64,000 nucleotides of DNA from Chrysomallon squamiferum. Its lineage: Eukaryota; Animalia; Mollusca. Position 1 is the first letter of the stretch, and every line of letters starts with the position of its first letter. The DNA lies in contig CM022677.1 of NCBI GenBank assembly GCA_012295275.1, positions 3,906,001 to 3,970,000 of the forward strand, read 5' to 3'. This document shows, one piece after another, positions 26,887 to 40,919 of the stretch. The notes beneath the pieces were generated by a model. That model did no database searches and was not told the origin of the DNA. It worked only from the letters and a program-made list of their open reading frames with translations. The translations under genes and the position numbers were made by a program.

Positions 26887-28993
26887 TTATTTATTTATTT
26901 ATTTATTTATTTATTTCTGGCTGGCGACATCGAAATAATATCTGGAAAATAAAAATCTAGTTCGAAATGGATACGAGATAGTATGACGTCAAAGTTCCCC
27001 CCAATTTTTTTTGTTAAATACAAAATTGGTTTGGACCTTTGCAGCAATTGCTGCTCAATAATAGGCATATACGTATAAACGGCATTAGTTATATGATGTA
27101 TTTCCTCAAATTACTTTTAATAATCCATATAGACTTGATTAGATGTTTAAATGTTTATAAACACTGATCGGCCTTCGACGCTGCCATTTTGGATTTCGAT
27201 CGGAAGTTTCCGTGATCGCTCGGAAACCGTCTGATCGGGTTTTTGAACTTCCAATTTCAACTATTTTACGTCTATTTTCTTAACTTTTTATGATATATAA
27301 ATTAGATTTGCGCTGATAAAGGTAACCATGATCTCCTGTACCTTTCCTAACTATTTTTTCAACTTAATCATACTTATCAAACGTTTCAAACTGGATTATT
27401 TTTATGCAAATGCGTGCATAATAAACTGAAATTATAATTCGCAATGTTCACCAACAGAAAAGAAGATTCAGGTGTAGTTTGTACCCAATAAATCGGTGAA
27501 GTATTATTAAATATACTGTATTGTATAGGCGTAAATATACCAAAAATGTCATATAAAAATAATTTGTAAATAAATTCATTGTTTTTAAAGAGACAAATCG
27601 AAAAGAAATAAATTAACTTGAATAAAAACATTAAATAAAATAAGCATTTTACAATAATTCAGTAAATAATAACAACACATTATATACACCAAAACTAAAG
27701 GAAACTGGTTATTTAAAAGTCAAAGAAAACGCAAGGAATGTTATTAAGCTGGTGCTGTCTGTTACAAAGCATTATACACAATTAGTTCTTTTAAATCTAA
27801 TTTACCGTCGCATCGCATATGCGGAGTAATCTATTTCAGAAGTTTGTGGTCTACGGGAAATAACTCTATTTAACACGTTGCAAAATGTACAGAAAAGACT
27901 GAGTATGAAGTAAAATATTAAAAAAGAAGAAAATAACAAAAAGAAATCACATAGAAATATATATATTTTTTTCAATAAATGAAGCAAAGAAAGATTATTA
28001 GTGACATCAAAAGTCTGCTGAATATAGATCATTCACTCAATTTACTGAATTCACTAAACTGATTTTATTTAAACCTATATATTATTTTTTATTTCCATTT
28101 CATATAACTGTTTCTTTATGATAAATATATGCCTGAAATAATTTTATTTTATTTCTTATCTTTTCGTTTTCTCTTATTTCAGTATTCTTTCTTAATTATT
28201 ATTTTATTTATCATTTTAATTAGTGTTATTGTAGGTATTGTTCTTATTTTTATCGTTAATCTCGTTATTTGAGATATTAATACTGAAAAAAACAAAACAA
28301 TTATCAGTAGATAGATAGATATACAAACACACACACACATAAAAAAGAAAGAATATGGTTACACGTGTTTGCCTTAGATATGTATGTAGTTAAATAATAG
28401 ATAGATACACTGAAGATAGCTAGGGTTGGATATAGATATAGACATTTTACATTTCATAGGCAAATGAACTTGTAAGAAAATGTTTGTATATGCGTTATAA
28501 TATAATATCATATTAACCTCGCTTTTAACATCTTTTCTTTTATTGGTCATTTTAATCTCTCTGTCGGTCTGTCTGTCCATCTATCTATCTATATGTCTGT
28601 CTGTCTGTCTATCTCTATATCTATCCACCTACCTATCTACCTCTCGGACTGCAGAGATAAGTGCAGGTGTAGCTGTAATTATAACTTCAGTAAATTTGTT
28701 ATAAACACTGCAGAAAATATTTATAATAAAACAGCGATGATATTTTATCTCACTGGGAGAGGTTCTGTGTATTCTGAAAATACTGAAGGATCTTTATTTA
28801 TTTATTTATTTATTTATTTATTTTCTTAAGTAAGTTAATTAATTTGTGTTTTACTTTATTTTTAATAATAAGAATCTGTATTAAAGTTTCAAGTATTTAT
28901 GAAAGATACACTTGTAAATGTCAATAATATGCTGAAATTAATTCATTTTAATCTAGTCTCTCACCTCTAAATTGCAACCCTACTATCTTAACA

Positions 28994-29060
<67 letters not shown>

Positions 29061-29333
29061 TCATCATCATATCATCATCATCATAATGTGGATGACATTC
29101 AATTTTTTGTATAGGCATTTTTAAAAGTGGATTCATTATTCAACTTGTTAGGTACGTTATACCAATTAATGAAAAATTAAGCTTATTATTTATTTATTTA
29201 TTTATTTATTTATTATGGAAAATAAAATTATCTACTATTGTGTTTTCAATACATAATATTATAGCTGCGCCTCTGTTTACAACATAAAACAAGTAATATA
29301 AATAGTGATGGCGGTACTGAAGTTGCGTTTTAT
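26828..29333. mobile_element. Unclassified interspersed element, copy 1 (blocks 26828-28077 and 28951-29333)
   Basis: Colinear diverged match to 30698-31692 and 33109-33433, e.g. CCAGCGTCAG.GAAAATTATT, GCTGCCAT.TTGGATTTCGATCGGAAGTTTCCGTGA, CGCCTCTGTTTACAACATAAAACA. No coding capacity recognised. Confidence 0.65.
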
Positions 29334-30434
29334 TATAAGTAAGTAAACATTTTCTTTCTTCTTGTAGATGTAGATTGTTCTTCCTATGGATGAGTCACCT
29401 CCATGGGTGTCCATGGGCAAAACCGTCTTCCCGTTTGTAGTGATCCAACAAGCACGGCATGACAGTTGACATGATGCGAAAAGCAGCTCAAACCACAAAC
29501 TGATAAAAAAAAACACCCGATGAATATAAAGCTGATAATAATTATTAAAACAATATTTACGAAACATCATAAACGTGAAGAATGTGAACATGATGATCAG
29601 TAAATATAATCATTGAAATTTAGATTAATTTATTTCAATAATCGGACATCTCGATTGTTGGTTTTGTTTCGGTTTGAATAGCAAGACATATCTTTGCGGT
29701 AGACATACCTAAAATAACACGAATTACTTCGAAAATATAAAAAAAATAATTATTATATCGATCGGAGTTGAAAATAAAAATTAATATTCGGCTAACTTCG
29801 TTTTTACGTTCGGGTCTATGACGTCATCAGTGGTTTGTTTACATAGATACAGTTGGCGATATTGAAGATTAGCGCATTCGAGTTAGTCCTGACTCGACTT
29901 TCCTTCTTTTTTACTTTGTTTATTGAATTGCATCTGCAAGTGATGAAGGTTACATTTGTGTAGGTTTAATTTTTATATTATTAAAATATTTAAGTCCAAA
30001 CTGGACATATTGTTTTATTCACAATGAGGTTGTGCTAGATTATTTTTAGATTAGATAATCAACGATAACTGCAAACTGTCTGTATGCATTACTTTCTAAC
30101 CTCTAATGCTATGATTCCTGTTTCTTATATTGTTAATATACCCTTGTCAAAATATGTTTATTTTTACATAAAAATAACAACAACAATCAATAATAGATAG
30201 TGTTTCGAATGTTTTTATTTAAAAAGAATAAAGGAGTATATATCTTAGCGATCACACCCAGGACCGGTCCCAGGGATTTTCCTCTTTATATTCTAAAGAT
30301 CTCAACTATACAAGTTGGCGCCATGACTACATGTGCAGGTTCCTCCAGACACTGTTGTTCTGTTATATTAGCAGTTATATAATCTGTTACATTAGCACTT
30401 CACATAACAGTCGGTATTGATAGTAATAGTCATA

Positions 30435-30497
<63 letters not shown>

Positions 30498-30567
30498 GTT
30501 ACTTTTTATATACATATACATACTAATCATCTTCTAAACATACAAATACATTATCATTCCTATACAC

Positions 30568-30632
<65 letters not shown>

Positions 30633-30770
30633 CGTATATATATATATATGTATGTATGTATGTGTGTGTATATCTATATGGATAGATGCATCCTTCCAAC
30701 CAGCGTCAGCGAAAATTATTTATTTCATTTGAATTTATTTTATTTCAATTATTTTATTTTATTTTTATTT

Positions 30771-30802
<32 letters not shown>

Positions 30803-31573
30803 ATTTTTTTTATGGCTGACGATGTTGTAATAAAAAGGGGAAAACAAAATAGTACGAAATGGGTACGAGATGGTATATTACGTCAACGCCAGAAAAAAAA
30901 AAAAAAATAAAATAAAATAAATGTTACCACGTTTTCAGCAATTACTACAGAGTATTAGCCATCTATGTATAAGAGGCATTGATTATATGACATAATTCTC
31001 CAAATTACTTTTAATGATCCATGTAGAATTATTGCATTATAAAGGTCTATATGTTTAAAAGTGTGTAAATATTGATCGGCGTTCGATGCTGCCATCTTGG
31101 ATTTCGATCGGAAGTTTCCGTGAGGTCACGGAAGTTTTTTATTTTCCAAATATATTATTTTACGACTACTTTCTGAACTTGTTATGATTTACACTGACAA
31201 ACATGGTTGTTCATATTACAAAACCGTGATCTCTTCCGCCTTTCCGAACTACTTTTTCAACTAAAATAAATGAAATAAATAAATAAAATAAATTAATAAA
31301 ATTAATTGAAAAACATTAAATGCAATTTTACAATAATTCATCAAATAATAATATCACGTTATATAAACCAAAAATACAGGAAACTGATTAGTTAAAACAT
31401 GTTAATAAGCTGGTTCTGTCTGATACAAAACATTATACAGAATTGTTTATTTTCATCTAAAAGCAGCAAATCTAATTTACCGTCACCTCTATTTCAGAAG
31501 TTCATGGTCTAAGAGAAACAACTCTATTTAACACGCACCTTGGTAAATATACAAAAAAGACTGAGTGTTGAGT

Positions 31574-31613
<40 letters not shown>

Positions 31614-31696
31614 GAAAGAAAGTAATTCAAGTCGCCTGAATATAGATCATTCACTGAATTTATTTAATTCACTAAAATTATTTTATTTAAAGCTAG

Positions 31697-32750
31697 TAGT
31701 AAGTTGGGGTAATTCTGGCCTCCGAGGTATATTATGACTTGCAGCCGCTATACTGCATTTTGAGGTTTCAAAAGTGAGTGTTATTTTTTAGTCCTATAGA
31801 CAAAAGGTTAGTGATAAATTATAACAGGTAAACATATAATCGCTTTTTAAGTTCAGCAGAAGAAACTTGATTAATATGTGATAATTAGGGAAGAAATATG
31901 TGTTTTATTTTACTCCACCACTTGGGGCAATAAAATCAAAAGGATGAGGTATGCCGAGGCATTGACAGAAGAAGAAAGTGTCAAGAGGAATGAAGAAGAG
32001 TTGGCAGAGAAGAAGAAGAAGGAGGAAGAAAAGGCAAAGAAAGCAAATGTTCTAGAGGCAAAATTACAACAACAAAATAGAAGATACCAAAGTCAAAACG
32101 GCAGTTCAATTTGAATGCTACAGCAGAACCGGTGGATGCAGCCAAAGAAAACGTTGATGATGATGAGCCTGAACTAGAAGACAGAGATGTAGTAGATACA
32201 CAAGAAAAATGTGAACTCTGTGGCAGAGTTGATGATGAGTCTGAACTAGAAAACAGAGATGTAGTAGATACACAAGAACAATGTGAACTCTGTGGCAGAG
32301 TTGATGATGAGTCTGAACTAGAAGACAGAGATGTAGTAGATACACAAGAACAATGTGAACTCTGTGGCAGAGTTGATGATGAGTCTGAACTAGAAGACAG
32401 AGATGTAGTAGATACACAGAACAAGAACTCTGTGGCAGAGTTGATGATGATGAACTAGAAGACAGAGATGTAGTAGATACACAAGAACAATGTGAACTCT
32501 GTGGCAGAGTTGATGATGAGTCTGAACTAGAAGACAGAGATGTAGTAGATACACAAGAAAATGTGAACTCTGTGGCAGAGTTGATGAATGGAATGAACTC
32601 AGAGTTGATGATGGAATGAATTCTGACGAGTTCATAGAATGTGACACGTGCCCAAATTGGTATTGTCTTGATTCATGTGCAAATCTTGAAATCCCAGCGG
32701 TGCAGACTAAAGATATTGTATTCTTGTGTGATATTTGTCAAGAGGTTTAG
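31697..32750 (+). mobile_element. Internally deleted pogo/Tc2-like DNA transposon remnant: putative left TIR plus transposase C-terminus with PHD-type finger
   Basis: TAGTAAGTTGGGGTAATTCTGGCC at 31697 resembles pogo-family termini. K/E-rich RYAEALTEEESVKRNEEELAEKKKK. 32562-32750 reads CELC..ECDTCPNWYCLDSC..FLCDICQEV*. No DDE domain and no right TIR seen. Confidence 0.55.
32159..32587 (+). repeat. 72-bp coding-derived minisatellite, ~6 copies
   Basis: Unit reads DDESELEDRDVVDTQEQCELCGRV, i.e. it repeats the acidic linker and the first CxxC of the finger. Confidence 0.92.
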
Positions 32751-33246
32751 TTTATTGAAGTTTTGAATTTGACTTGCATTATGATTAGGACTAATTATTA
32801 TTAGTAGTAAACAATGATTATATAGCAATAATCAGTACGACAAATTTGAGGACCAAACTATTCATGAATGTGGGGGGATAATAGAATATCACTTTCTACA
32901 GTTAATTAAGAAATAATCTGTAACAGCGCAGTATATTTACAGAACTTGTGTTATAATAAACAAGATTCATCTCGCGCATCCTCGCCTTTTCACTTTACTT
33001 TTAATAATAAAAACGTCTATTAATGTTTCTCTATGTTCTAGACTTTTCTAGTATTTAAGAAAGATGCACTTGCAAATATCAATAACATGGTGAAGTTCAT
33101 TCATCTTAATCTAGCCTCTCACCTCTCAACTGCAATTCTACTATCTTAATAAAAAAATTAAAAAAAGAGAATAATACGCATTATTAGACGTTGATTCTTT
33201 ATTCAGTTGTTAGATATGTTATACCTGTTAATGAAAAATTAAGCTT

Positions 33247-33277
<31 letters not shown>

Positions 33278-33976
33278 TGCAAAATAAAATTATCTAATAT
33301 TGTTAATTAAAAAACAATACCTCTATTTTTCACTACACTGTGTTTTCAATACATAATATTACCGCTACGCCTCTGTTTACAACATAAAACATGTAACATA
33401 AACAGTGATGGCGGTTCTGAAGTTGCATCTTATTTTCATAACGCCGTGTAAAATGACTCCTACTTAGCTGTTCTGTGAAACAAGTTCTGTTAATAAAATA
33501 TCACATTAGTATGGAAGCCTTCTCGATATTCACATATAATTCTACTGTTGTTTATAAAAACACGCTAACCTGGAAGCCCAATCTACATTTCTGAATGTAC
33601 ACTGTGTTTTCACAGTAAAATCACACCTGTTATGTTTACTATAATGCTACAGTACACATATAAAGCAACGACAACGACAACAACAATAGTAATAATAAAG
33701 AAAAGAACATTTTAATATTTATTCGATTTCTTTACTTCTCAATATCCGTAAGACTTCAAACGTTAACATCATCGCTCCAGTCTGGATGTCAGTTTATTTT
33801 ATGACGTAGCTATAGCTTCACACAGACAAGTACACTGGAGATATCCACTTTTCAATCCTCTTTTTGTCTTTATTGTGAAAAATAACATGATGTTGTATTT
33901 TTGTATTTATTTATATTTTTGATTACATAAAAATAAAAAGGTGAAAATGAGTCAGGTATTTATTTGAGAAGCTCAA

Positions 33977-34087
<111 letters not shown>

Positions 34088-34225
34088 ATTAAAAAAAATT
34101 ATGGCGTACACTTATTATAGGTTATTATGTAGGTCAGAGGTGTATATTGAAAATATAAAATGTCACATTTTTCTACAGTTAAAAGTAAATCTCTGAATAA
34201 AACCTAGAAAATAATTTATTATTAC

Positions 34226-34280
<55 letters not shown>

Positions 34281-34586
34281 GCAATTTTATTTAGTTTGAT
34301 TTCAGTTGTCATCATAAAGAATTATCTATATTTATTTTTTTTATTTAATTATTTATCTTTGTGAAATTTTCTAAAACTAAAACAATTTTACAATCAACAT
34401 TGCAAAAGTAATTTGAAATACTTAATTTTAAAATGAACATACGACAATGAAACAATAAGTTTTATAGGAGATACACAGAAAGTATATAAACTGTTAGGGA
34501 GATGTACATAAAAAATTGTTAAAGCTGTGTAGAATGTATGGATTGGCAGAGAAACAGATGCACAGATGTGGGTATATGTGTGTGTG

Positions 34587-34644
<58 letters not shown>

Positions 34645-34958
34645 AAGGAAATGTGTGTTTTGTATGTTTCCAGAGGGCATGGTAGGAGAAATAGATGCAG
34701 ACAGATGTGAATGTGAAAGGATGAGTTGATACATACATGTTATCTGTGAGAAAGAGTTAATATGTTTGTTGTCAAATAACTGCTGCATGTGAAAGTGTCC
34801 TTGTTTATGTATAAATAAATACAAGTTCCAAGTGTTTTGTGTGTTGTCTTTTCAAAAAACCCCAGAAAATTGATATAAAAATAGAATAAAAAACAAAATT
34901 ATTAATTGGATTATTTTAATGATTATTATCATAGTTTTGTCTTGATTTTATAGTTTTA

Positions 34959-35584
34959 ATCATCAGAGCTATCATCTTGTGATGTAACTACATCACAAAC
35001 ACTGTCCTTGTATAATGAGAAATGATTACTATGATCATCAGAGCTATCATCTTGTGATGTAACTACATCACAAACACTGTCCTTGTATAATGAGAAATGA
35101 TTACTATAATCATCACATAATGAGAAACACTATAATCATCAGCTATCATCTTGTGATGTATCACAAAACTGTCCTGAGAGAAATGATATCAGAGCTATCA
35201 TCTTGTGATGTAACTACATCACAAACACTGTCCTCGTATAATGAGAAATGATTATTATAATCATCACAGCTATCATCTTGTGATGTAACTACATCACAAA
35301 CACTGTCCTCGTATAATGAGAAATGATTATTATAAATCATCATCTTGTGATGCTATCATCTTGTGAAATGATTACTATAATCATCACAATTATCATCTTG
35401 TGATGTAACTACATCACAAACACTGTCCTCGTATAATGAGAAATGATTACTATAATCATCACAGCTATCATCTTGTGATGTAACTACATCACAAACACTG
35501 TCCTCGTATAATGAGAAATGATTATTATAATCATCAGAGCTATCATCTTGTGATGTAACTACATCACAAACACTGTCCTCGTAT
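34959..35584. repeat. 75-bp minisatellite with internal palindrome, ~8 partly degenerate copies
   Basis: Unit contains TTGTGATGTA-AC-TACATCACAA; minus frame reads YEDSVCDVVTSQDDSSDDYNNHFSL. Confidence 0.92.
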
Positions 35585-35750
35585 GCTGCTCCTACTCACA
35601 AGGCTGATCTTCATCTGACCTATCAGTCTGAAATGTTTTGTTATAGTATTGTTAAAAAATAACACAAAAACAAAACAGTATCTGACAAAACATATCTTCC
35701 ATCACAACAAAGTATATGAACACTTATCTTACATAACAGCAACAAAACAA

Positions 35751-35808
<58 letters not shown>

Positions 35809-36357
35809 TTTATAAAATTTAAAATTTAATTTGCTTGATTATGGCTTCATTATTACAGTCTATGACATCAAATAAAAGTGAAATGGGTTCATGATACAAA
35901 ATCTTAAAGGCATATGTCACTATAATTTATTATTGGAATGCATTGTTAAAAAAGTGGGGTTTAGTTTTGTCTTAAAATGTTATTTTAATTATATTTCTTA
36001 TTTAACAAACTTCAGTTTGATTAGTAACATCATGCAGAGTGATCTTGAAGGCTCAAAATTTATATGAAAAATTCATTGTTTTTATTCAAGGGACATATAA
36101 AAAAAAAATTTGTTTAGCAAAATAGGAATTTTACAATAATTAATTAAGTAATAATAATAACTCAAATAAAGAAACAAATAATGAAAATTGGCTCTTTATA
36201 AACTGTTGGAGTAAATATGTGGTACTATTGAAATATTTTGTTCTAAATCATTTTAAAGAATTAGCTAAATTCGTCTAAATGTAGCAAATCAAATTTAGCC
36301 TGACTCTGCTAAGGGATATAACTTTAACGTGTTTGTAAATATACAAAAACGACTGAG

Positions 36358-36448
<91 letters not shown>

Positions 36449-36976
36449 GAAGTATATATATAAATAACGATTATGTCAGATTATCTTTTGCTAGTTGATA
36501 ACAAATACACAAGACGATCAATATATACATAATAAAAATAAAAACACACAAAGACTATTCTTTCTTTATTTATTTTTGTTTTAAATTATTTGAAATATTT
36601 TCCATTTTCATTATTGTTTTTTGATAAGATACAATGAGTGAATTTGCAAATGTCAGGATTTAACAACAGTTAAGAACAAATGATTTTTTTATTAAAAGTA
36701 TTTGTACTGCCACCCATTTATGTAACATAAGCTGGCTATATTTTATTGTTGATAAAAAAGTCCAAACATTGGTAAAATTATTTAAAGTACTGAATTTGCA
36801 TAATAGTACAATCTCTCTTAGAATAAAAAATGAAAATTTCAGTCTGAAAGCTGGAGACATATTTACTATAACTCTTAAAAGCAAAGACTGTAAGGGACTT
36901 TTTGAATTACCTTGTTTGTTGTCATATGCATTTCTGAACTTTTTACCAGATTTCCTTGTGTCTGTATTAGGACTCC

Positions 36977-37236
36977 TGCTACTGTTGTTTAAGTAAACAA
37001 GTTTCTTTCTCCAGATGACTGCTACTGTTGTTTAAGTAAACAAGTTTCTTTCTCCAGTTGACTGCTACTGTTGTTTAAGTAAACAAGTTTCTTTCTCCAG
37101 ATGTTTACTGTTGTTTAATTAAACAAGTTTCTTTCTCCAGTTGACTGCTACTGTTGTTTAAGTAAACAAGTTTCTTTCTCCAGATGACTGCTACTGTTGT
37201 TTAAGTAAACAAGTTTCTTTCTCCAGATGACTGCTA
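36977..37236. repeat. 43-bp minisatellite, 6 copies
   Basis: TGCTACTGTTGTTTAAGTAAACAAGTTTCTTTCTCCAG(A/T)TGAC. Confidence 0.93.
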
Positions 37237-37734
37237 ATGGTGTTTACACTTTAACAAAACATGAGGTGCTAGATTTTACACAAACAAACCAGCTTTAATT
37301 TCCATGCCTTTGGAAATATATTAAATACCAAATTGTACTTCATTTTTTAAAGAGATTAATATTATTTTCTTTTCTTTTATTTATTTATTTATTTATTTTA
37401 TTATTTTTTTTTTTTTTTTTCTCCTAGTTTGTTAACTGAATTAAAGAGAAAATACAGATTATAAAATAATTGGAAGACATTTCCTTCTGCACATTTTTTA
37501 ACTAATTTTTTGAATGTTTACAAAATGTAAACAGCAAATTATAAATTACTCGGACAAATTTCATTTTTGTACATTTTTTTTTTTTTTTTTTTTTTTTTTA
37601 TCGTTTTTAAATTATTATTTCCTATTTTTAAAGATTCCTTACTGAAATAATTCTATTATTCTTTCTAAAATGGGAAACTGAATATTTACATTTTGCTATC
37701 TATCCAGGTTTTTAAGTAATTTCAACCTGAAGAT

Positions 37735-39530
37735 CCATAATTACATAATTTTAAAAATATTTACACAATGATTACCCCAGCAAACCCTTGATTTCCCTGG
37801 ATTTAAATAATAAAAAGAAAACAAAATGCTTTTTTTTTTTTTATATAAAATTTAGATTACCCCTAATTACATAATCTTCAATTTTGATTTTCCTCTGATT
37901 TAAATAATATTAAAATAAAAGATTTAATTACCCCTAATTGCATAATTTTTCCCCTGATTTAAATATATTAAAAAAAGATGTTTTCTTTTTTGTTTTTTTA
38001 TAAAAAAATACTAATTACCCCTAATTATATAATCTTCAGTTATATTTACATTGATTACCCCCAGCAAGCCCTTGATTCCCCTGATTTAAATAATAATAAA
38101 GAAAAAAGATAGAAATGTTTTTTGTGTATTTTTTTTTTTTTTTTTTAAATTCTAATTACTTCTAATTACAAAATTTATCACATTCATTTTAGCTTATTTC
38201 CAAAGATGGCATTCCATAGCAACGATGAATCTCCATTCCTCTTTCAGTGAGAAAGATTAGAATAACCAAGCACACATCAATGATAAAAACAGTGCAAGCT
38301 GCTATGAAGTACAATGTGTACACTGGATGTTCTCATCACATTGACAATGCAGTCTCTTGGAGATCACTGAGTGTTAGAAATTCAAATTACATTTCAGACA
38401 GATTTTCTCTTGAAAGACTGATGTAATAGTTTTCTGGTGAATCTTTTCTGAAAATGCAGTGCTGGCTGAGGCAGCTTGAATCTGTTGTCTAGGATCCTAC
38501 AACAAAATATAATATTCATTAATAAACTAAACATAAAATAAAGTGAAAGACGCTCTAACTGCATTTCATTGTCTTATCAAGAAGAATTTTAGTCCAAATT
38601 TGTATTTTTTCCATGCAATTTAAAATTAAAATAATTTATTAAAGGTTTTTATATTCTTAATTTCAATCAGATTAATATTGTAAATTTCTTTCACCTGTAT
38701 TAAATCTATCTTTTTTCTGAGATTAGGGAGAGATATTAAAAATAGCAAATTACAAATTTATACAACTGTTCTGTTCACTGCTCTATTAGGCTGGCAAGTA
38801 AATTATTACAAAGTTTGTTCTTGAATAAACCATTATTACATTGATTCTGTACAAGCTAAACTTAACATATCAAGCAAATAGGTTTGCTTTATGAAACATT
38901 TATATCAAATTATCAGTATATAAAAATAAAATCATCAAAGAAGACAAACAGTGTAAATATTTAAATTTAATTAATTCTTAATTTAATCTGAAAAAATCCT
39001 GACAATTTTCTTATAATTTCTCAGAAGAAAAAAGATAAATGCAGTTGAACACATTTGACTTAAGCATAAATACAAAATGAATTAGTACATTTAAATAGCT
39101 ATATTGTTATTTCTAAAACTGATTAATAAACCCTGATATAATTAATAAGTAAAACCATTTTGAGAACAATGTAAAGTTAATGAAGAAATAAAATGTGGGA
39201 AGACAAAACAAAATCTGTTACTGACCAGTGAAAACATAATGTATACTATATCCTTTTACAATCCTTCTTGGGGTTTTTTGTTTTAAAGAAAAACAAAATT
39301 GTTGATATTTTCTAGCTATCCATTATTATTTATAGTCCAGATAAGATGGAAACACATGAGTGAGAGCTACTAAAAATAAAAAAGTAAAGTGATGCAATCC
39401 ATACAACAAGAAAAACTGCTGACAGAAGCTTGGAATTTCCTAAACAAACAGTTCTACAGATTTCCTAAAATCACTCATCTAGATCCATTACTAAAATACA
39501 CCATTAACATAAATGAAATAACAATAAATC
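37735..39530. repeat. Diverged direct duplication of ~46625-48100, including a degenerate ~120-180-bp subrepeat
   Basis: Shared blocks: CTAATTACATAAT..TGATTACCCC..CCCTTGATTTCCC subrepeats; ATTAGAATAACCA.GCACACA.CAATGATAAAAACAGTG (38257 vs 47259); AAGACAAAACAAAAT.TGTTACTGA..AGTGAAAACAT (39200 vs 47965). Confidence 0.8.
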
Positions 39531-40919
39531 ATTTCTTGATCATATTTCAGGCTCTGAATAAAACAAAGTTGAACTTAAAAATACTGAAACATAAATAAAT
39601 CCTAGTGAAAACATTAAATTATCTCTCAAAATGTTCTTTTATATATTACATGCAAATAGTAATAAATACAAAATACAAAATAAAAGTTTATACTTTAGCT
39701 ATTAAAGTGCAGATCACTTAATAACTTAAAACAATATTATTTGCTTTACTATTATTTTGAGTAGATTAATCACCATCAAACAACACATACAACTAATCGT
39801 CATGACATTGTTGTCAGTTTAGGGGAAACACACACAATTCTAGGTGTGCACCGTGTACTTGGTACAGGGCTGGGAGACCTACTGCACCGGGGTAACAGTG
39901 ATTGACAAAATAAAACACCAAAATTACTTTTCTATTGTTTTTATCATCATTATTCATAAATGTGGTCAACATCATCATAAATTGTGAAATTAAATGAACA
40001 ATCTTGAATATTAGAAAACAAAATATATATGTATGTTGTAAACAAATGTGACATTTTTTTTAAAGTAAAGTGCAAAAGTAAAAATTAAAATAAATGTGTA
40101 AAAAAAAAAAAAGAGAAAAATGAATTCATGGACCATATAACAGAAAATTAATTAAGTTGCTGAATGTTACTTATATAAAGTGAATAAAACATTTTTTTAC
40201 TGTAATGTTGGATATTGTATATAATGATTTTTGGGGGTTCTGTTGTAAACAGTTAGAATTTAAAAATCCTTTCTGACTGAAATACTTTTAAGAAGTTAAA
40301 AATAAAATTACAATATTATAACTGTTTAGATTATATTATCATTATGTTTTAGCTTAATACAACATTAGTAAGGATTTATAATGTTTGTATGCTTAACTTT
40401 TATGATTGCATATGTGGTCAAATTAGAAATTAATAAGAAGAATCAGAAATTATCCATGAAAATGACTTGCCGTAATTATTTCTTACTTTCTGAGTGTAAT
40501 ATTGTAAAACTGTTAGTTACTCAAGGCTGTTAAAGAAAACATTTTGAAGTAAGAATAACATCCAAATATGACTTCAGTATGTATGTATTCCAAAGCTGTT
40601 ATAAATGAATTATAATATTGGTTGATTTAATGAACAAAATTGTGAATTGATGTATTTTGTGTGATCATTTAATGTTTTCAACACAAGTAACCATTACTTC
40701 CATTAGATCGCACTCACACAGAAATAAAAGTTATGTCTCTGTGAAAATATATAATGTTTATTAGTATTAAAGTATTTTATCTGTTTTATCAATGTAAATT
40801 ATAGCCAAATATATGCAAGTATGCAACATGAAATAAAAAATGAAAAAAAGAGAAGAAATAATATTTAAAATTTGAATTTGAACCAAGTAAGAAATGTGAA
40901 TTACTACTGTTCCTCTCAC

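Larger units (their letters stand above)
30698..33433. mobile_element. Unclassified interspersed element, copy 2, with a different middle section
   Basis: Same blocks as copy 1 in direct orientation ~3.9-4.2 kb downstream. A weaker third fragment lies near 36120-36360 (GTAAATATACAAAAACGACTGAGTG). Confidence 0.65.
34959..38496 (-). pseudogene. Probable degenerate TM and cytoplasmic-tail exons of an unidentified single-pass membrane protein
   Basis: Acceptor at 38497-8, then a hydrophobic run VYTLYFIAACTVFIIDVCLVILIFL (~38255-38330). Exon ending ..KSSEMHMTTNK/GTAATT at 36911. Acceptor TTTCAG before 35627 (TDRSDEDQPCE*EAAYEDS). Contains stops. Confidence 0.35.
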
